Assembly (NCBI GenBank): GCA_017993025.1
Contig: JAGONL010000001.1
Location: forward strand, 12,750 to 44,749
Direction: 5' to 3'
From: Candidatus Saccharimonadota bacterium
Lineage (GTDB): Bacteria > Patescibacteriota > Saccharimonadia > Saccharimonadales > SZUA-47
Length of the DNA: 32,000 nucleotides
Shown piece by piece: positions 31,222-32,000 of this stretch (positions are counted from its first letter, which is position 1; each line of letters starts with the position of its first letter). The translations under genes were made by a program, and so were the position numbers. The notes under the pieces were generated by a model that was not told the DNA's origin, did not search any database, and saw only the letters and a program-made list of their open reading frames with translations.

Positions 31222-32000
31222 AATTTAAGCCTATTGCCAAACGCTACCAATTCGATGATGTGCTGTCTATGACTATTGAGTCTCACTTAAAAGAGCCGAT
31301 TGCTAATTGGATTTATGCAGTGCTAAAAAGAAAGCAAGCTCTTGTAGAACCAGACGGTATATACAGAAATTATCCATATATAACTACTCAGCTCAAGGAG
31401 ATTCTTCATGTAAATTTAAGAGAAGTGTATCCCCAGAAATGGGGTTCCTTCATTGAATTCGTATTGAGCGATAATGAGAGGACGCTGGTAATACTACAGT
31501 GGTGTCTGAATTATTTTGCGCGTAGCGAAGAAGCTAATGATCTTGAGTGGGCCTTGAGTAATGGAGGTTCTGCTTACGCTGTTGAAAAAGTAAACAAGGA
31601 TGCTTCCGAGTATGTTGAAGGTGTCTATGATTTAGTTGAGCGAGTCCCAGAACCAGTGAAAGCAATGGCTAAAGAGGCACTAAGTAACAGCGAACAACTT
31701 TTGGAAGGTTGGCGTGCCTGCTATGGTAAGAATCCAAATTATAAAGAAACAGTGCAGCAATCCCAAAACGTTCTAGAAGAATTACTAAGAGATAACTACC
31801 TGCCGTCAGATAAAAAAGCTCAACTTGGAAAACTCATCAAAGATATAAGAGCCGGCAAGACATTGTCGTACAAAGGCTCGGATGTCGTCAAGCAACCAAA
31901 TACACTTCTTGAATTGATACAGAATATCCCCGAATACCGTGGCATGCATACTGCCGGGACAGGTAAAAACCCTACGAAACAACAAGCTGAATACATACTT
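31218..32000 (+). CDS. Hypothetical protein embedded after hsdS (partial, runs off the window)
   Basis: The frame is open from GTG 31218, which overlaps the hsdS stop as GTGA, to the window end (261 codons). The first in-frame ATG is at 31269. Translation begins VKFKPIAKRYQFDDVLSMTIESHLKEPIANWIYAVLKRK... It is absent from the ORF track because it has no stop in the window. No motif recognised. Confidence 0.6.
   Translation, partial: MKFKPIAKRYQFDDVLSMTIESHLKEPIANWIYAVLKRKQALVEPDGIYRNYPYITTQLKEILHVNLREVYPQKWGSFIEFVLSDNERTLVILQWCLNYFARSEEANDLEWALSNGGSAYAVEKVNKDASEYVEGVYDLVERVPEPVKAMAKEALSNSEQLLEGWRACYGKNPNYKETVQQSQNVLEELLRDNYLPSDKKAQLGKLIKDIRAGKTLSYKGSDVVKQPNTLLELIQNIPEYRGMHTAGTGKNPTKQQAEYIL

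Noticed and set aside
1-32000. CRISPR arrays, rRNA genes, and integrase or transposase genes.
   Set aside because: None were found on reading both strands. The only short-period repeats are the heptamers at 23589-23616 and the 57-bp units at 24962-25131, neither with a CRISPR-like repeat-spacer organisation.

Overview
This is an AT-rich bacterial window with small genes, many hypothetical proteins and mostly leaderless promoters. That pattern fits a reduced-genome, CPR/Saccharibacteria-like organism, but the taxon is inference only. All functional calls rest on motifs I recognise by eye; no homology search was run.

Recognisable housekeeping genes: tRNA-Gln(UUG), queA, msrA, guaC, a UvrD-type helicase fused to a RecB-like nuclease, plsY-cdsA, and a sortase next to a large C-type-lectin/GLUG surface protein.

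The rest is accessory or unknown:
- 1-344: tRNA-Gln with two extra copies of its 3' end, an att-like scar.
- 3587-6100: a 2.5 kb two-gene insert bracketed by two copies of the queA 5' end.
- 6279-8640: a tandem pair of unknown paralogs.
- 10556-13246: a tandemly duplicated two-gene module. Its four divergent proteins share a C-terminal domain ending in a hydrophobic strand, Gly-Gly and a short tail (FGGVQL, LGGVQI, FGGVQR, LGGLTAKSLIIP). This is my best candidate for an undescribed system. A ubiquitin-like/beta-grasp reading is a hypothesis only.
- 23563 to the window end: an island with a zeta-like P-loop kinase plus a coupled mini-ORF, an unknown multi-copy gene family, and a wHTH + class II Fic pair. 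The pair is enclosed by a 43-bp perfect inverted repeat with longer diverged arms that carry covarying hairpins. radC, hsdM, hsdS and an embedded unknown gene follow.

No CRISPR array, rRNA, transposase or integrase was seen.
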